A model generated the notes under the pieces. That model did no database searches and was not told where the DNA came from. It was given only the letters and a program-made list of their open reading frames with translations. Made by a program: the position numbers and the translations under genes. This document shows, piece by piece, positions 58,777 to 64,000 of a stretch of DNA of 64,000 nucleotides. This DNA comes from Paraspadella gotoi (Eukaryota; Animalia; Chaetognatha): assembly GCA_051294375.1 (NCBI GenBank), contig CM119268.1, positions 13,027,770 through 13,091,769 of the forward strand. The letters run 5' to 3'. How positions within the stretch are numbered: the first letter of the stretch is position 1; each line of letters starts with the position of its first letter.

Positions 58777-59779
58777 AAATAGCGGAAAAATGGTCGAATC
58801 ATTTGGCGTGATTATAATTAAAGTTCCTGGCCCGACTCTAAACACGATCAACAGTGTCCAACCAGAGAGAAATCCTACTAGTGGGGCTGATCAATTTTAA
58901 CAGCGATTCGCGATTCCACTCTCTCTCTGTAATTGTTGAAGACTCATTGGGTTTTCTAGTCAAATCTATTGACTTTGTGGCTTTATTCACGTCGCCACGC
59001 CCCCATCGTTCCGACAACACCTCCCCCCGACCCTTCAGGCTTGGCGACCGACTCCGACGTCGTCGCCTCCGATCTCGTTCGAGTCCTCGACGACATCTTC
59101 CGCCGGCGCGTCCCCGAATTCGCAGCCACGCCCTTTTACGTTTTCGGTAAAGGGGAAAGAGTGGGGAAGGAGCGGGGAAGGAGTGGGAAAAGAAGTGAGG
59201 AGGGGGAGGGGAATGATTTCCCCGGGGAATGAGTGGGGAAGGAGTGGGAAAAGAAAGTGAGGAGCGGTAGGGAAAAATGTCGGAAAAAAAATAAGTGGGA
59301 AGGAGGGGGAAAAGAAGTGAGGAGGGGGAGGAGGAAATGATCGGGAAATAAAGAGTGCGGAAGGAGTGGGAAAAGAAAGTGGAGGAGGGGGAGGGGAAAT
59401 GAAATCGTGGCGAATAAATGGGGAAGGAATGGGGAAAGAAGTGAGGAGCGGTAGGGGAAAATTGAACATCGCGGAATGAGTTGGGGAAGGAGTGGGAAAG
59501 ATTGTGAGGAGGAATGAGTGGAAGAAAATAAGTGGCAAGGGAGTGGGGATTGTGGATTTGGAAAAGGAAAAGAGAGAATATGATAATTGAATTGTCAAAG
59601 GGGATAAGACTGGGATAATTTAAGATGAAAAAGAGTCGACCACCTCACACCAGGAAAAAAAAAGGGCGGACCAGAACTGTTTTGCTGTGACTAGTGGACG
59701 GCTGTTTTGACTTTAAGGTCAGGACGAAAGTCTCTGTGTGGATGAACGTGGGCGAGAGGAAGAGAGAGGGTTTGAGGAC

Positions 59780-60045
59780 GGGAGAGAGATTGTGCGCGGT
59801 GAGTTTAGAAAAGGTCGTAAGGTCAATGGTAAGTTAATGCTGATTGTGGTCACTCATTATGCGAGTTAGCGAGACGTGTGATGGCTTGAGGGTAAGTGAT
59901 GTAAATACTGGAACTGTGGAAGCATTGAGACTGTAAGTCATGTTGCATGTTAGACAATAGACGTACCATATAGAAAAAAAGTGAGTACTATGACCAGACG
60001 GTATTAACATAATAAATTTCGTTGCCTGTCTGGATCGAAGATGAT
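59780..60045 (+). mobile_element. Possible decayed 3' end of a LINE ORF2 (CCHC zinc-knuckle region); copy at ~62925-63180
   Basis: Across frames VVRSMV..CGHSLC...GLRVSD...NCGSIETVSHV..C and INFV, resembling the RL..GH...C..CG..ET..H...C terminus of non-LTR ORF2. An A-rich tract follows. Confidence 0.35.
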
Positions 60046-62724
60046 TGTTTTTTTGGAAAAAAAACTAATAACAAATTTGATAATAAAGAAAAATTTATAA
60101 AATATAATTTCATAGTAAATAAATCACTGAAAGACATGAAACAGATTCTTTGCCAAAACAAAACACTAAATTTAATTGACATTTGGTCGCACCATTCAAC
60201 ATATTCTTTCTCCAACAGCGACGTAAGATCATTAAACTAAAATTTAAAGGATAGTTTAAAATTAAATTAAAATAAATAATATCAATATTTTTGAAGATAA
60301 TCATTTAAAAATTTTCCAGATAATTATCAAAATTAATTTAAATTTATCAATTCATTTTACAATAGTTACCAATACTTTTCGTTATCATAATATATTGCGG
60401 ATAGTTTTCTAATATTTTTTGTTTGCGATAATTTGTTAATAATGATTGAAAAAAAATGAAAACATTCTTACATCTCTGATGTCTGACAACGACGACGACG
60501 ACGTCGCCAAGAAAGAGAACTCAAATATTTTAAGGAGTCGCCCACGGGGGCGGCCGCGAGGTCGGCCGGTTGGCGCTTCAAAATAACTCAATAACTCTTT
60601 TTTTTTTTTGCCTCCGAGTTTAAAAATTAATATTTATTGTCCGCCCCAGCTCTGGTCCCCAGGTCCCTCAAATCGTCGCATTAATAAATACATGGGGAAT
60701 GTCAGTAATTTGCTCATAGAAAAAGGATCCACGACTAAAAAATATAGTAAATTATCCACTAAACACCCGATAGGTGGTCGTCCGGCAGGGTGGTGGCCCG
60801 AGTCAAAGGTGTGCAAAATGTCATGCAGAAGCAACGGATCGTTTCACAACCTTTTTGGTTCGCGCAATTTTTTTTCTATTTTTCTCTTCCAGTATGACGG
60901 CGCACGCAATGATAATCGCTTTAAAAAAGGCGGATAAGAAAAAAAATTATGGGACTTATGTAGATGTACCTCTAAAAATATAACATACTTAAAGCTAAGT
61001 AAGGATATGAACCGTTGTATATATTATTAAACAATAATAAAGTATATTGTTAGATAACACGAACCCGGACTGATCCAACGAGACCGTGAAAGTCTTGAAT
61101 TTAAAAGCTTCTCCCCCTTCCCCTTGATCAGTCCCCATGATCAAGTCCATCAATTATGCGTTTAAAAAAAAAAAATTCTCACCTGATTTTCAGGTCAATT
61201 CGACGGAAGGAAAGACTGGCTGCGGCCTTTAGGAGGCGAAACTGCACGAGGCAAAGCGAAAGAGGGGAAGAATCGTTTGAACTCAAAGGTTAAAACATAA
61301 GGAGATGAGGAAAGGAAGAGGAAGGGAAAGGAGGCGACTGAAGGTTGAGGGTTAATTCGAAATGGATGGTAAAGACGGGATTGAAAAGAGTCGACATTTA
61401 ATTTGACCAGAGACTTAAACCAACAACAGTTTGTTTCGAAATGAATAATTAAAAAAAAAAAGAAGAAAGAACAGTCGCTAAGCTGCTTGTCTCTAGTTTT
61501 TTTTTTTTTTTTTTGGCTTTGCCGGTTCAGTTGAGCGCGATTTTGATTACGGAAGAGTAACAATTATTTTTTAAGTCTTCATTGAACGCCATCTCATCGA
61601 CGCAGGCCAAAAGGACATTTTGCTTTCCCGTCGGCGTGCAGTTAAAAAATCGGTAGCTTTAAGATGGTTTAAAGGAAAAATTCATGAGGGAAAAAGAAAA
61701 AAGGTTGCCTTTCGACCTTTGTAAACAACCGGCGACGACGATATTGCATAGAACGAAACGACGAGAAAAAAGGAGAGGGGAAAAAAAAAAAAACAAACCG
61801 CAGAAAGTCGCTTCGGCACAAATTCAATCTGGGAAATATCGATTCAATTTTTTTTTCCCTCTCTCATACGACGAGCAGTGTAGCGCCATCAATCAAAACG
61901 TAAACAAAAGAAAAAAATTCAAAACAAAACCAATCGAGGAAAAAAGAAATTATTCTCGTTGATGTTATTGCGGCCGGCCCCGCCGGGCCTTTCTTTAAAA
62001 AAAGAGAGAAAAAGATTAGAGGGTGGAAGAGAAGCGAACGAAACAGAAAATTAAAGTCGGGAAAACTTTCAAGGTTTTGTCTTATTTTTTTTTCTTTTTT
62101 TTTTTTTTTTTCTATCTCTCTCGAAGTCTTACCTCCTTTTTTCGCACGAATCGAAGGGAGAGAGCAAGAAATAGACAGGGGAAATAAAGAATGAAAAGAG
62201 GACTGCACGAAATCCATTTCGATGAATTACACAATTAGTCGAATACGTTGAAGAAAGGACATATGAAAAATTGGGTTAACTTTTTGCTATAAAATTGTAA
62301 ATATATTTGGCTAAGCGATTGTTTTGAGAGAGGAGAAAGGGAAAGGCATCCTCCGAGATTTATTGTCAATCAAACATTTCGTCGTTTAAACAGGTACTTG
62401 GGGGCAAACAAGGCGGCGGAAATTCATGCTGCTCCTTCTTTCTCTTCTCTCATCTCTTTCTCTTTCCCTTTTCTCTTCCTCCCTCTCATCCTCTCTCTCT
62501 CTCGTTTCTCCCGACCTGTCTCTCTCTTTCATCCTCCACACCATCTCTCCTCTCTCTCTCTCTCACCACACCATATCTTTCTTCCTCCTCTCTTTCCCTC
62601 CTCTGACCCTCTCCTCACGATCCTCTTCCTCCTCTCTCTCCTCTCTCTCTCTCTCTCGTCTCTCTCTCATCTCCTCCTGTTCTCATCGCCTCGTCTCTCN
62701 NNNNNNNNNNNNNNNNNNNNNNNN

Positions 62725-64000
62725 GAGAATATGAAAATTGAATTGTCAAGGGATAGACTGGGATAATTTTAGATGAAAATAGTCGACCACTCAAAGGAAA
62801 AAAAGGGCGGACCAGACTGTTTTGACTGTGACTGTGGACGGGACTGTTTTGACTTTAAGGTCACGGACGAAGTCTCTGTGTGGATGACGTGGGCGAGAGA
62901 AGAAGAGAGGGTTGAGGACGGGAGAGATTGTGCGGCGGTGAGTTTAGAAGGTAGTAAAGGTCAATGGTAAGTTAATGCTGATTGTGGTCACTCATTATGC
63001 GAGTTAGGCGAGACGTGTGATGCTGTGAGGGTAAGTGATGGTAAGTACTGGAATGTGGAAGCATTGAGACTGTAAGTCATGTCATGTTAGACAATAGACG
63101 TACATATAGAAAAAAAAGTGAGTACTACTGACCAGAGGTATTAACATAATAAATTACGTTGCCTGTCTGGATCGAGATGATTGTTTTTTTGGAAAAAAAC
63201 TAATAATAAATTTGATAATAAATAAAATTTATAAAATATAATTTCATAGTAAATAAACTCATCTGAAAGACTGAAACAGATTCTTTGCCAAAACAAACAC
63301 TAAAATTTAATGACATTTGGTCGCCCATTCAACCATTTCTTCTCCAACAGCGCCGTAGATCATTAACTAAAAATTTAAAGGATAGTTAAAATTAAATTAA
63401 AAAATAATCAATTATTTTTGAGATAATCATTTAAAAATTTTTCAGATAATTATCAAAAATTATTTAAATTATTATCAATCATTTTTACAATAGTTACANN
63501 NNNNNNNNNNNNNNNNNNNNNNNNNNNNNNNNNNNNNNNNNNNNNNNNNNNNNNNNNNNNNNNNNNNNNNNNNNNNNNNNNNNNNNNNNNNNNNNNNNNN
63601 NNNNNNNNNNNNNNNNNNNNNNNNNNNNNNNNNNNNNNNNNNNNNNNNNNNNNNNNNNNNNNNNNNNNNNNNNNNNNNNNNNNNNNNNNNNNNNNNNNNN
63701 NNNNNNNNNNNNGTCCCTCATGTCCGCATTATAAATACATGGGGAATGTCTAGTATTTGCTCATGAAAAAAGAGATCCACGACTAAAAATATAGTAAATT
63801 ATCCACAACGACCCCGAATAGGGTGTCGTGCCGCAGGGTGGTGGCCGAGTCAAAGGTGTGAAATGTCAAGGCAGACGCACGGATCGTTTCACTTTTGGTT
63901 CGCGCAATTTTTCTCTCCAGTATGACGGCGCACGCAATGATAATCGTTAAAAAGGCGGATTAAGAAAAAAAAATTATGGACTTATGTAGATGTACCTCTA
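62725..64000 (+). repeat. Direct lower-quality duplicate of 59574-60974 after a 25-N gap
   Basis: gagaatatga.aattgaattgtcaa at both starts and tagatgtacctcta at both ends; includes gap 63499-63712. Confidence 0.95.

Overview
AT-rich metazoan (invertebrate-type) nuclear DNA, dense in (GA)n microsatellites, from a gapped draft assembly with long-read-style indels. The one clearly recognisable gene (minus strand, 15859-20492) is a nearly intronless receptor-type protein tyrosine phosphatase. Its ectodomain reads signal peptide, C-type lectin, F5/8-C-like, kringle, MAM-like and EGF, followed by a TM helix, a degenerate PTP D1 and PTP D2. It is frameshifted several times, mostly within D1. It lies between a complete DINE-1/Helentron-like non-autonomous element carrying an 18-bp minisatellite (13271-15135) and a truncated copy of that element (about 20948-21450). 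Probable exons of low-complexity genes lie at 513-643 (-) and 23733-31509 (+). From 31535 onward the window is mostly rearranged copies of itself: a ~10-kb palindrome centred near 37090, an inverted ~6.9-kb copy and three direct duplications. These abut gaps of exactly 25 N and are probably largely gap-filling, haplotype or chimera artefacts. A 750-bp TIR element present in only one palindrome arm shows the arms are not copies of one molecule. I found no RNA genes, CRISPR arrays or prokaryotic features. All domain calls are by eye; no searches were run.
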